A DNA stretch of 64,000 bases. It comes from Candidatus Eiseniibacteriota bacterium. Its GTDB lineage: Bacteria; Eisenbacteria; RBG-16-71-46; CAIMUX01; VGJL01. Location of the stretch: the NCBI GenBank assembly GCA_963792585.1, contig CAWBWI010000006.1, positions 384,001-448,000 of the forward strand, written 5' to 3'. The position numbers were made by a program, and so were the translations under genes. The notes under the pieces were generated by a model, which was not told where the DNA came from, made no database searches, and worked only from the letters and a program-made list of their open reading frames with translations. Below are positions 50,172 to 64,000 of this stretch, in pieces; position 1 is the first letter of the stretch; each line of letters starts with the position of its first letter.

Positions 50172-53153
50172 ACCGCACCGACCGCTACTGGCGGAGTCTC
50201 GAGGAGCAGGCCGACACGCCGGAGTTCCGGCGATGCTGGCCCGTGAGTTCCCGAGCGAGCCCTGGGAGTCGCTCCCCCCAGCGACCCGTCGCCAGTTCCT
50301 CAAGGTGATGGGCGCCTCGCTCGCGCTGGCGGGACTCGCGGGGTGCCGCTGGCCGCGCGAAGAGATCGTCCCCTTCGCGCGACCGGCCGGCTACACACCG
50401 GGCGTGCCGCTGCAGTACGCGACGGCGATGGAACTCGGCGGCGCGGCGAGCGGCCTGCTGGTCACCAGCTACGACGGCCGGCCGATCAAGATCGAGGGCA
50501 ACCCGTCCCATCCGACCAACCTCGGCGCGGCGGACGCGATCACGCAGGCGAGCGTCCTCGACCTCTACGACCCCGCCCGCAGCCGCGCCGTGATCCGGCG
50601 CCAGGGCGGACAGAGGCTCGCGCCGGGCTGGGCAGACTTCGCCGGGTTCGCGAGCGAGCAGTTCGGCGCGCTCCGGAGTCGGGGCGGCCAGGGTCTGCAC
50701 ATCCTCAGCGAGGCGAGTTCCTCGTCGAGCCTCGACGCCCTGCGGGAACGCCTTCAGACCGTGTATCCTCGCGCGACGTGGCACGAGTACGAGCCGCTCT
50801 CCTGGGACAACGAGCGGGAAGGGACAGCGCTGGCCTTCGGCCGGCCGATGCGCGCGCACCTCGCCCTCGAGAAGGCCGACGTGATCGTCTGTCTCGACGC
50901 CGATCCTGCTCGCAGATCACCCGGCGGCGGTCCTGCATGCACGGGATTTCGCCGCGGGCCGTCGCAAGGCCGATTCAGGCTCGATGAACCGTCTCTACGC
51001 GGTCGAGAGCGCCTTCTCCGTCACGGGCACGATGGCCGACCATCGCTTCCCGGTGCAGTCGCGGCAGGTCGAGACGCTCGCGGCGGCAGATGGCGCCTGG
51101 CCGTCCTGCCCCGACGGGGCCGCGCTCGCGCGGTACGCGGAATCTTCCTTCCACGCCGCGCTTCGTCGAGACGATCACACAGGATCTGCTGGCCCACCGG
51201 GGCCGTTGCGTCGTCGTCGCGGGGCCGCGCCAGCCGGCGGAAGTCCATGCCCTCGTCCACCTGATGAACGCCGCGCTCGGGAACGTCGGCGCAACGGTCA
51301 CGTACACGGAGGATCCGCGGCCCGAACGGCCGGCGCACGTCCGGGCGATCTATAGCCTGACCGAGCAGATGCGCGCGGGCGGCGTCGACACGCTCTTGGT
51401 CCTCGGCGGCAACCCGGTCTACGACGCTCCCGCGGACCTCGATTTCGCCGGCGCGCTCGCGAAGGTCCCGAACAGCATCCACCTCAGTCTCGCCGACGAC
51501 GAGACCTCGCGCGCCTGCCAGTGGCACCTGCCGCGCGCCCACTATCTCGAGAGCTGGGGCGATGCGCGCGCCTTCGACGGAACGGTGAGCATCGTGCAGC
51601 CGCTCATCGAGCCGCTCTACGAGGGGAAGTCGCCGATCGAGGTCCTCTCGATCGTGCTGGACGATCCCCCCATGAAAGGCTACGACATCGTCCGCGCAGC
51701 TCTGGCCCCGATGGCCGGAGATGGCGACTTCGAGCGGTTCTGGAGGCGATCCCTCCACGACGGGATCATCGCGAACAGCGCGCTACCCGGTCGCGACGCC
51801 GACGGCCCGCGCTGCGGCCGAGCTTCGCTACACGTGAGCGGCGCGCCGATCGGCCGGCCTGGAGGTCGTCTTCGCACGCGATCCGAAGGTCTACGACGGC
51901 CGGTTCGCGAACAACGGGTGGCTCCAGGAAATGCCCGAGCCGTTGACCAAGATGACCTGGGACAATGCGGCGATCATGGGTCCTGCGACGGCCAAGGCGC
52001 TCGGCGTCAAGGCCGACGATCTCGTCACGTTACGCTGCGGCGGTCGCGAGATCGAGGCGGCCGGTCTATGTCCTGCCCGGGCAGACCGCAGCGGAATCGA
52101 TTACCATCCACCTCGGCTACGGCCGCACGGCGGCAGGCAAGGTCGGCGATCGACGCGGGCTTCGACGCCTACCGCCTGCGCACGAGCGCGACGCTGGGCT
52201 TTGCCGGGGACGCGACGATCCAGAAGACGGGCCGCACGTACCCGCTCTCCTGCACGCAGGACCATCACGCGATCGACCTGATCGGGCTGCGGGGCACGGA
52301 GAAGCGCCTGGGCGAACTGATCCGCGAGGCGGAGCTCGCCGAGTACAAGAATGGCCCCGAGTCGGTGCCAGGAGACGTTCCACGAGCCCGCGCTGCACCA
52401 GCTGTACGCGTCCCATCCTTACACCGAGGGCCACCAGTGGGGCATGTCGATCGACCTGAACTCCTGCACCGGCTGCAGCGCGTGCGTCGTCGCCTGCCAG
52501 GCGGAGAACAACATCCCGGTCGTCGGGCAAGGAGCAGGTCGGGCGCAGCCGCGAGATGCACTGGCTCCGCATCGACCGCTACTTCAAGGGCGATCCCGAA
52601 GCTCCTCGAGGTCGCGCACCAGCCGGTGGCCTGCGTGCAGTGCGAGAACGCGCCCGTGCGAGCAGGTCTGCCCGGTGGCCGCCACGGTGCACAGCGCGCG
52701 AGGGCCTCAACGAGATGGTCTACAACCGCTGCGTCGGCACGCGCTACTGCGCGAACAACTGCCCCTACAAGGTCCGGCGCTTCAACTGGTTCAACTTCCA
52801 CAAGGATCTGACGGAGACCGAGAAGATGGCCCACAACCCCGAGGTGACGGTCCGCAGCCGCGGCGTGATGGAGAAGTGCACCTACTGCGTGCAGCGGATC
52901 GAAGCGGTCAAGATCGCCGCGAAGAACGACGGGCCGGCCGATCGCGCGACGGCGAGATCGTCGCCCGCCTGCGCCCAGACCTGCCCGACGCCAGGCGATC
53001 GTCTTCGGCGACCTCGAACGACCCGACGAGCCGGGTCTCGCGAACTGCACGAGCACGCCGCGCGCCTACGCGCCTGCTCGACGAGCTGAACACGCGGCCG
53101 CGCACCGCGCTACCTGGCCAAGATCGCAACCCGGAACCACGGCTGGAAGGAGC

Positions 53154-53157
<4 letters not shown>
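50159..53157 (+). CDS. actB: ACIII molybdopterin-oxidoreductase-like/Fe-S subunit (many frameshifts)
   Basis: YWRSLEE, RRQFLKVMGAS, GRPIKIEGNP, HYLESWGD, TWDN, IDLNSCTGCSACVVACQAENN, YNRCVGTRYCANNCPYK. Confidence 0.88.
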
Positions 53158-54635
<1,478 letters not shown>

Positions 54636-54639
<4 letters not shown>

Positions 54640-55185
54640 GCGCGCCGAGGCCGCGCCCGTGCTCGGCGCTGACTGGCCGAGTTCGACGACGGTCGAGCCC
54701 TTCCTCGCGGCCTGCGAGAAGGTGCGCGACGCCGGGCTTCACGCGCTGGGACGCCCACACGCCGTTCCCGGTCCACGGCCTGAACGACGCGATGGGCATC
54801 AGCACACGCGCCTGCCGCTGGCTCGTCCTGGGCGGCGGGCTCGACGGGCGGCGGCGTCGGCGTGCTGCTGCAGTGGTGGATGAACGCCGACGACTACCCG
54901 CTCGTGATCAGCGGCAAGCCGTTCTTCGGCCTCCCGGCGAACATCCCGGTCATCTTCGAGCTGACGATCCTCTTCGCGGCGCTCACGGCCTTCGTCGGGA
55001 TGCTGGCCTTGAACAACCTGCCGCTCTGGTACCATCCGCTCTTCACGAGCGAGCGGTTCCGGCGGGCGACGAGCGACCGGTTCTTCATCGTGATCGAGGC
55101 GGCCGACCCGAAGTTCGACGAGACGAGGACTGCCGCATTGCTGGCCTCCGTCGGCGGCGCCGACGTCGAGCGGGTGGAGGACTAG
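54636..55185 (+). CDS. actD: ACIII DUF3341 subunit (frameshifted)
   Basis: [30 protein letters not shown]. Confidence 0.85.
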
Positions 55186-55188
55186 ACG

Positions 55189-55834
55189 ATGCCGCGCTGG
55201 GTCCTCTATGTCATCCTGGTGCTGGTCACCCTCTCGTGGATTCCCGTTCGCCCTGATCGCGCGCGCGCGCACGACGAAGCATCCATACACCCGGATGCTG
55301 ATCATGCCGGACATGGACAAGCAGCCGAAGTATCAAGCCGCAGCGGACGAACCCCCTCTTCGCCGACAGCCGGGCCGACCGACGGCCGGTGGCGGGGACG
55401 GTGGCGCGCGGCCAGCTGAGGGACGACGACGCGTTCTACCGGGGCAAGGTGAACGGGCAGTGGATCACGGCGATGCCCGCTGCCGGTGACCGAGGCGCTC
55501 ATGCGGCGCGGCCAGGAGCGTTTCAACATCTACTGCGCCCCGTGCCACGGGCTGGCCGGCGCGGGCGACGGCATCGTCGCCAAGCGCGCCGACGCGCTGC
55601 AGGAGGGCACCTGGACGCCACCCTCGTCGCTGCACGATCCGACGGTCCGCGAGCGGCCGGTGGGACACCTCTTCAACACGATCACCAACGGAATCCGCAA
55701 CATGCCGGCCTACGGCGCGCAGATCCCCGAGGCGGATCGCTGGGCGATCGTCGCCTACGTGCGCGCCCTGCAGCGCAGCCAGAACGCGCCGCTCCAGGAC
55801 GTCCCGCCCGAGCTCCGGTCGACGCCTCCGCTAG
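55189..55834 (+). CDS. actE: ACIII monoheme cytochrome c subunit (frameshifted)
   Basis: DMDKQPK, GTVARG, RGQERFNIYCAPCHG, MPAYG..DRWAIVAYVRALQ. Confidence 0.85.
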
Positions 55835-55843
55835 GAGAACGCG

Positions 55844-57066
55844 ATGCATCGAACGGTCATCGACATCTTCAAGGAGAACCGGACGCTGGGCGGCGCCGCG
55901 CCCCGGATCTTGCGGGCGGCGCTCGTTCTCGGCGTCGCTCGGCCTCGTCGACCGCCATCGTGTTCGCCGGCCGGGACGACGGCAACCTGGCCCGCTTCTA
56001 CAGCGCCTATCTGACGAGCTTCGCCTATCTTCCTCAGCCTGTGCCTCGGCGCGCTCTTCTTCGTCCTGATCCAGCACGTGACGCGGGCGGGCTGGAGCGT
56101 GGTCGTGCGGCGCATCGCCGAGGCGATCGCCGCGAATACGCTGCCTCATGGCGGTGCTGGCGATTCCGCTCGTCCTCGGGATGCGCCACCTCTATCCCTG
56201 GACCAATCTGGAGCCCGTCGCCCACGATCCGCTCCTCCAGGGGAAGCAGCCGTACCTGAACGTCCCGTTCTTCGTGATCCGCTTGGCGGTCTACTTCATC
56301 GTCTGGGTGGGCCTCTGCCCAGTGGTTTCTCCGCCGCTCGCCGGCGCAGGACCGCAGCGGCGAGTCCGTCTGACCGCGCGGATGCAGCGCGCGAGTGCCC
56401 CGAGCCTGGTCGTCTTTGCGCTGACGATCAGCTTCGCCGCCTTCGACCTGCTGATGTCGCTCGATCCGCACTGGTACAGCACGATGTTCGGGGTCTACTA
56501 CTTCTCCGGCAGCGTCGTCGGGTTCTTCGCGCTCCTGCCGGTGATCACCATCCTGCTGCAGCGCTCGGGCCGCCTCGCGAATGCGATCACGCCCGAGCAC
56601 TACCACGACATGGGCAAGCTGGTCTTCGCCTTCACCGTCTTCTGGGCCTACATCGCGTTCTCCCAGTTCATGCTGATCTGGTACGCGAACATCCCGGAGG
56701 AGACCGGCTGGATGATCCGCCGCACCACGGGCGGGTGGGCCGGGGTGAGCTGGCTGCTGCTCTTCGGCCACTTCGTCGTGCCCTTCTTCGTGCTGCTCTC
56801 GCGATTCGTGAAGCGGCGGCGGCGGCTCCTGATCCTCCCCGCCATCTGGGTGCTCGCGATGCACTGGGTGGACATCTACTGGCTGGTGATGCCCGAAGCG
56901 CAGATGGGCCAGACGCGCGCCACCCTGCGGCCGGTCGACCTCACCTGTTTGATCGGCATGGGCGGTCTCTACGTCGGGCTGTCTCGCGCTCTGGTTGCGC
57001 GGCCGGTCGCTCGTTCCGGAGAAGGACCCGCGGCTGGACGAGTCGCTCTCCTTCGAGAACGCGTAA
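55844..57066 (+). CDS. actF: ACIII membrane subunit F (frameshifted)
   Basis: AGWSVVVRRIAE, LMSLDPHWYSTMFG, HDMGKL, WAYIAFSQFMLIWYANIPEET. Confidence 0.88.
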
Positions 57067-57070
57067 GGGA

Positions 57071-57419
57071 ATGGCGATGAACGAGATGCCCACGGAAAAG
57101 CGGTATGACGACCCGAACCCCGTGCCGACGTTCGCGCTCGTTCTGATCGGCGCGATCCTCGTCACGCTGATCATCGTGGGTCTGCAGGCAGTCTACTACC
57201 ATGCTCAGAATGCGGAAGACCGACGGAAGATCGTCGCGCAGGCTCCGGAGGAGCTGCAGCTGCTGAAGTCGGAGCAGCTGGACAATCTGAACGGCTACCG
57301 CTGGGTCGAGCAAGGATAGGCATCGCCGCGATCCCGATCGACAGCGCCATGGAGATGACGGCGCGAAGGTTGAATGCGGCGCGGGCAACCACGTCCGACG
57401 ATCCGAGGCCCGTCCATGA
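57071..57419 (+). CDS. Small single-TM ACIII-associated protein (frameshifted)
   Basis: One TM; L..YRWV...IPIDSAM motif across a frameshift near 57315. Confidence 0.55.
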
Positions 57420-58260
57420 GAAGCTTCCTCGTGCATGCTGCTTGCCCTCGCGGTCCTCGCGGGCGCGGCGACGTGCGCCGCTTGCGCAGAGCGCGGCGAG
57501 CCGCTCCCGACGGAGCTGGAGGGGGTCGGGATCACCGAGCATCTCGACGCGCAGGTGCCTCTCGATCTCGCCTTCGACGACGAGACGGGCAAGCAGGTCG
57601 ACGCTCGGATCGTACTTCGTCAAGGACCGGCCGGTCATCCTGACCCTCAACTACTTCACCTGCCCGATGCTCTGCACCTTGATCCTGAACGGCATGATCG
57701 ACGCGCTGAAGGAGATCCCCTGGACGCCGGGCCGGCAGTTCGAGATCGTCACGGTGAGCATCGACCCGACCGAGACCCCGACGCTCGCCCGCCTGAAGAA
57801 GAAGTCGTATCTCGAAGCCTACGGGCGCCCCGACGCCGGGCGCAGGCTGGCACTTCCTGACCGGCGAGGAGGAGAGCATCCGCGCACTGACCGACGCGGT
57901 CGGCTTCAAGTACCGGTGGGACGAGGACGCAAAAGCAGTACGCCCACGCCGCGGCGATCTTCATCCTGACCCCCGACGGACACATCTCGCGCTATCTCTA
58001 CGGCGTGCAGTTCGAGCCGAAGGACGCTGCGCCTGTCGCTCCTGGAGGCATCCTCGGGAAAGATCGGCAGTCCGATCGATCAGGTGCTGCTGTACTGCTA
58101 TCACTACGACGCCAGCTCCGGGCGCTACTCCATCGCGGCGCAGCAGATCATGAAGCTCGGCGGGATCCTGACGGTCCTCGTCCTCGCGGGGTGGCTCATC
58201 GGTTCTGGTTGCGTGAGAGGTCGCCAGGGTCGCCGCCTCGCGCCCCGGCCGCAAACCTGA
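57416..58260 (+). CDS. SCO family copper chaperone (frameshifted)
   Basis: [40 protein letters not shown]. Confidence 0.85.
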
Positions 58261-58270
58261 AAGGAAGGCG

Positions 58271-59273
58271 TTGGATCGCGTGTTGAATCAGCTTGCTCCA
58301 TCGGATCGACCTGTCGCAATCGGGCGGCTCTTTCTGGATGCCGCCGCAGGCCTCCACGTCCGCGCCGGGCGTCGACAGGCTCTTCTACTTCATCTTCTGG
58401 ATCTCGCTCTTCTTCTTCGCGCTGATCGTCGGCCTGATGATCCGTCTTCGTCGTCCGCTACCGGCAGCGGCCGGCCGCAAGGCGGCGAAGGCGCCCACGC
58501 ACAACACGGCGCTCGAGCTGACCTGGACCGTGATCCCGCTGGTGCATCGTCTTCGTGATCTTCTACTTCGGGTTCCACGGGCTTCCTGGACATGCACGAC
58601 GCCGCCCGCCAACTCCTACGAGGTCCAGGTCGACCGCGCAGAAGTGGAAGTGGATGTTCACCTATCCGAACGGTTACGTGGACGAGAACCTGCACGTCCC
58701 CGTCGACACGCCCGGTCCGGCTGGTGATGACCTCCGAGGACGTGATCCACAGCTTCTACGTGCCCGACTTCCGGCTCAAGCAGGACGTCGTGCCGGGCCG
58801 CTACACCAAGGTCTGGTTCCGGGCCACGACGCCCGGGCGAGCCCACGACTCTTCTGCGCCGAGTACTGCGGCACGAGCCACTCCGACATGCTCGCGCAGG
58901 TGATCGTCCACGCCGCCGGGCGAGTTCGAGAAGTGGCTGGAGCGAGGCCGCGGACTTCGCTCGAGCAAGCTGCCCCCGGCCGAGGCGGGCGAGCGGCTCG
59001 TACAAGCACGCGCGGCTGCGCGCAGTGCCACTCGATCGACGGCAAGGCCGGGATCGGCCCGACGCTTCAAGGGCGTCTTCGGCCACTCGAGTGCCGCTGA
59101 AGGACGGCGACGACGGTCGCGGCGGACGAGAACTACATCCGCGAGTCGATCCTCGACCCGCAGGCGAAGGTCGTCGCCGGCTTCGAGCCGGTGATGCCGA
59201 CCTACCAGGGCCGGCTCAAGGACCAGGAGATCACGGCGATCATCGAGTACATGAAGACGCTTGAGGTCAGTGA
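58271..59273 (+). CDS. coxB: Cytochrome c oxidase subunit II with fused cytochrome c (caa3 type; frameshifted)
   Basis: [29 protein letters not shown] (CuA), [18 protein letters not shown]. Confidence 0.88.
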
Positions 59274-59289
59274 CGGGAGGGCGCGGCCA

Positions 59290-60987
<1,698 letters not shown>

Positions 60988-60988
60988 C

Positions 60989-61826
60989 ATGGCGAGAATC
61001 GAATCGAAGCGCGGCGCACGAGCACGGACGGCGCAGCGGCGCACGATCCGCACCTGGCGCACCACTTCGACACGCCGAAGCAGCAGTTCGAGTCGGGCAA
61101 GCTCGGCATGTGGCTCTTCCTGGCGACCGAGATCCTGCTCTTCGGCGGGCTGTTCTGCGCCTACGCGGTCTACCGCGTCCAACCACCCCGAGATCTTCGT
61201 CTACGCCCACCACTTCCTCGACAAGACGCTGGGCGGGCATCAACACGCTGGTCCTGATCTGCTCGAGCTTCACGATGGCCTGGGCGGTGCGCGCCGCGCA
61301 GCTCGGCGAACGCAGAAGCTCGTGACGCTGCTCGCCGCTGACGCTGCTCTGCGCCTTCGGGTTCCTCGGCATCAAGGGCGTCGAGTACGAGCACAAGTGG
61401 AAGCACGGGCTGCTCTGGGGCGCGCGCTACAACCCGACTCACGTTCATCACCCCACGACGGCTCCGCCGATGCCGGCGCATCCTCGCGCCCGCGGCATCG
61501 CACGGCGAAGACGCGCGCTACCGCCGGCGGCGATGGAACCGCAGGGGCTCGCGGGGCCTGCGGAAACGCACGCGGAGGCCGAGGCGGAGATGCCGCCGCC
61601 GAAGAACGTCCAGACCTTCTTCGGCATCTACTTCGTGATGACCGGCCTGCACGGCGTCCACGTGATCGCCGGCATGATCGTGATCGGCTGATCATGCTGC
61701 TCCGGGCGCTGCCGAGGCGAGTTCGGACCGGCGTACTTCGCTCCGGTCGACCTCGCCGGCCTCTACTGGCACCTGGTCGACCTGATCTGGATCTACCTCT
61801 TCCCGCTGCTGTACCTGATTCACTAG
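60989..61826 (+). CDS. coxC: Cytochrome c oxidase subunit III (frameshifted)
   Basis: [46 protein letters not shown]. Confidence 0.88.
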
Positions 61827-61877
61827 CGCATTGACGCGCGGGCGAGCGGGGCCGACGATCGCTCAGAGGGGACGGCG

Positions 61878-62234
61878 ATGACAGATTCATCAACCACGAA
61901 CGGAGGCGCGCACGGGCTGGCGCACGTCATGCCGGTCAAGGTGCTCGCGGCGATCTGGGTGGCTCTCCTGGTCTTGACCTTCGTGACGGTCGCGGTCACC
62001 TGGGTCGACATCGGAAGCCTGAACCTCTGGGTCGCGCTGGCCATCGCCACGTTGAAGGCGACCCTCGTCGCCCTCTACTTCATGCACCTTCGCTACGATC
62101 GACCCATCAACGCGATCGTCTTCCTCACGGCCTTCGTCTTCGTGATGCTCTTCGTCGGGCTCGCCCTGACCGACACGGCGGCCTACAAACCGGAGATGAT
62201 CCCGGGCTACGCGCCGGGGATGCCGGCCAAATGA
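61878..62234 (+). CDS. coxD: Cytochrome c oxidase subunit IV family protein
   Basis: LLVLTFVTV, IATLKATLVALYFMHLRYD. Confidence 0.88.
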   Translation: MTDSSTTNGGAHGLAHVMPVKVLAAIWVALLVLTFVTVAVTWVDIGSLNLWVALAIATLKATLVALYFMHLRYDRPINAIVFLTAFVFVMLFVGLALTDTAAYKPEMIPGYAPGMPAK

Positions 62235-62803
62235 GCACCCCGGAGGGCGGGTCGGGACCGTCGGCCGGAAGGCTCGGCATGATCCTCCTGCTCGCGGCCC
62301 TCGCGATGCTCTTCGGTTCGACGATCGTCGGCTATCTGGTGATCCGCGCGCGGGCCCCGGTGTGGCCGCCTCCCGGAATGCCGGGACTGCCTCGGGGGCT
62401 ATGGATCTCGACGGCACTCATCCTCGTGAGCAGCGGCACCTTGGAGTTCGCGCGCTCTTCGCTCCGCAGCGCGGGGGGCCGTGGGCTGCGCGGCGGGATC
62501 CTGGTCACCCTCCTGCTCGGGATCGCATTCCTCGCGAATCAGACCGTCTGCTGGATGGGTCCGGTCGCCGCGAGGATCGCGGCCACGCCGAATGCGTACA
62601 CGTTTGGATTCTTCGTCCTCACGGGATTGCACGCGGCGCACGTGATCGGGGGTCTGATCCCGCTGGGAATCGTCACGGCGAACGCGGGCAAGGGGCGCTA
62701 CTCGGCCTCCTCCCACTCGGGCGTCGACTACGTCGCGATGTACTGGCACTTCCTCACGGTGGTCTGGATCATTCTGTTCGCGGTCTTATTGATCGGGGGG
62801 TGA
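62231..62803 (+). CDS. Second heme-copper oxidase subunit III family protein
   Basis: LTGLHAAHVIGG, YWHFLTVVW. Confidence 0.85.
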   Translation: MSTPEGGSGPSAGRLGMILLLAALAMLFGSTIVGYLVIRARAPVWPPPGMPGLPRGLWISTALILVSSGTLEFARSSLRSAGGRGLRGGILVTLLLGIAFLANQTVCWMGPVAARIAATPNAYTFGFFVLTGLHAAHVIGGLIPLGIVTANAGKGRYSASSHSGVDYVAMYWHFLTVVWIILFAVLLIGG

Positions 62804-62844
62804 GGCCGTAGGCGGCGCGCGGAACCCGGCAGAAGGTCTCTTCT

Positions 62845-63963
62845 CTACTTCCCATATCGCACGCGGCTGTCTTCCGGATGGAACGCGTGCCATGCGAACC
62901 AGAAGGCGTAGACCACGTCGCACGGCGGGTTGCTTGTCACACGAACCGTCGGGGGATCGACGCTCGCGCGCATGGAAATAGTGGCCTCGCCGACGACTCC
63001 GACAATGCCCCCCCCGCCTGTTGCGCTGATGGACACGATCTCCGGAACGGAACAGACCTCCCAACGCTGCGTAAGCTGCGGTATCCGGAAGGCGACGATC
63101 GGCGTCTTGGGCGCGAGACCACCCGGAGGCGGTAGCGGCCGCACCGGGAAGCGGAGCTTCGGCGTGCCGAAGTAGCTCCCGTAGGCGTCGGCCTTGTACT
63201 GATCCATCATCCCTGGTAAAGGTGCGAGGACGGTCGTCGCAGGATGCAACTCCCTCCACTCCCCCCACGAAATCTGGGCGATCGGGAGCAGATCGAGCCT
63301 GCGGCCGGCTGCCGGACCCGCGATCGCACGGAAACCGAGTTGGCTCCAGAGGCTCTCGCCGCCGCGATCGGGGCGGCGATCGTACATGAGCAGGTTCGAG
63401 TTGTACAAAAGACCGCTCACGCCGAATCGCAGGACCTCGCCTCCCATGCGGCGGTCGAACACGACGGCCGCATCGCAGAGCGGACTGTAGGTGACGGCGA
63501 TCGGACGACCATCGAGCGTGTCGTTGACGACTTCATGCCAGTTCAAGATACGGATGGGATAGGCGCGGGCCTGGTCGCCCACGACGACGCCGATGACGCG
63601 ATCGCTCGAGACGAGGAGTTTCTCCCGCCGACGCTGCGCATCCACCTGCTTCCCGGTGAGGATCGCCGGGTCCTGGATTGCGTGGATTCCGTCCTTCGGC
63701 AGGCCGCTCGCGACGATCTCGTCGGCGGGAATGACGGCGCTCGCGAGATCGAAGCCGTAGGTCGCCGGGTGCTTCCCGTCCCCGACGGCGCGTTCCCCCC
63801 TGGAGCTGAGGACCTCGATGACCCTCCAGGAGAAGATCCCGGTCGAGAGCACGATCGCAAGCAGGACGACCCAGCCTCCCCCGCGAAGGTCAAGGGTCCG
63901 TCGTTTGGATGCGGGTCCTATGGTCACGGTCCCGAGAATCACCCAAAAGGGGGGAAGGATCAA
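62845..63963 (-). CDS. DUF3179 domain protein (start uncertain)
   Basis: KDGI.AI..P, RAYP..IL.WHEVVND, FGVSGLLYNSNLLMYDR, SLWSQL, FWFAWHAFHP. Confidence 0.85.
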   Translation of the reverse strand: MILPPFWVILGTVTIGPASKRRTLDLRGGGWVVLLAIVLSTGIFSWRVIEVLSSRGERAVGDGKHPATYGFDLASAVIPADEIVASGLPKDGIHAIQDPAILTGKQVDAQRRREKLLVSSDRVIGVVVGDQARAYPIRILNWHEVVNDTLDGRPIAVTYSPLCDAAVVFDRRMGGEVLRFGVSGLLYNSNLLMYDRRPDRGGESLWSQLGFRAIAGPAAGRRLDLLPIAQISWGEWRELHPATTVLAPLPGMMDQYKADAYGSYFGTPKLRFPVRPLPPPGGLAPKTPIVAFRIPQLTQRWEVCSVPEIVSISATGGGGIVGVVGEATISMRASVDPPTVRVTSNPPCDVVYAFWFAWHAFHPEDSRVRYGK

Positions 63964-64000
63964 GGGACCTCCCGCGCGATCACTTGTGACGACGGTCGGT

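Overview
High-GC bacterial chromosomal window with no rRNA, tRNA, CRISPR array or mobile element that I can support. The secreted proteins ending in TWGQIKxxYR or in FlgD-Ig domains, and an EF-P with a PGNW loop, resemble Ca. Eisenbacteria-like/FCB-related lineages (inference from recall). Gene order: OPT transporter; ECF sigma and probable anti-sigma; WYL regulator; efp; three paralogous secreted PPC-like/Cys-repeat proteins, each with its own promoter, conserved structured leader and terminator; polar amino acid ABC transporter; M1 aminopeptidase; FKBP; modABC; MacAB-type exporter; znuA-zur-znuC-znuB; ispG; PLP decarboxylase; macro domain; holin-like protein; a 1502-aa lipoprotein with 13 Cys-rich Ig-like repeats; PDZ lipoprotein; lat and asparaginase II; TPP riboswitch-thiC; TonB-receptor-like gene; AmmeMemoRadiSam cluster; alternative complex III plus caa3 oxidase operon; DUF3179. 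Scattered frameshifts, very dense at 50.2-61.7 kb, look like sequencing or polishing errors. Best candidates for new biology: (1) the three-gene surface-protein family, whose leaders keep palindromic loops despite sequence change; (2) an unannotated ~190-nt structured RNA upstream of ispG; (3) a perfectly co-varying inter-repeat cysteine pair in the giant lipoprotein; (4) an Ile/Val/Leu-rich leader peptide with an anti-SD switch before lat; (5) an AmmeMemoRadiSam system whose components carry export-like signals. All structures were paired by eye; no folding or database search was run.
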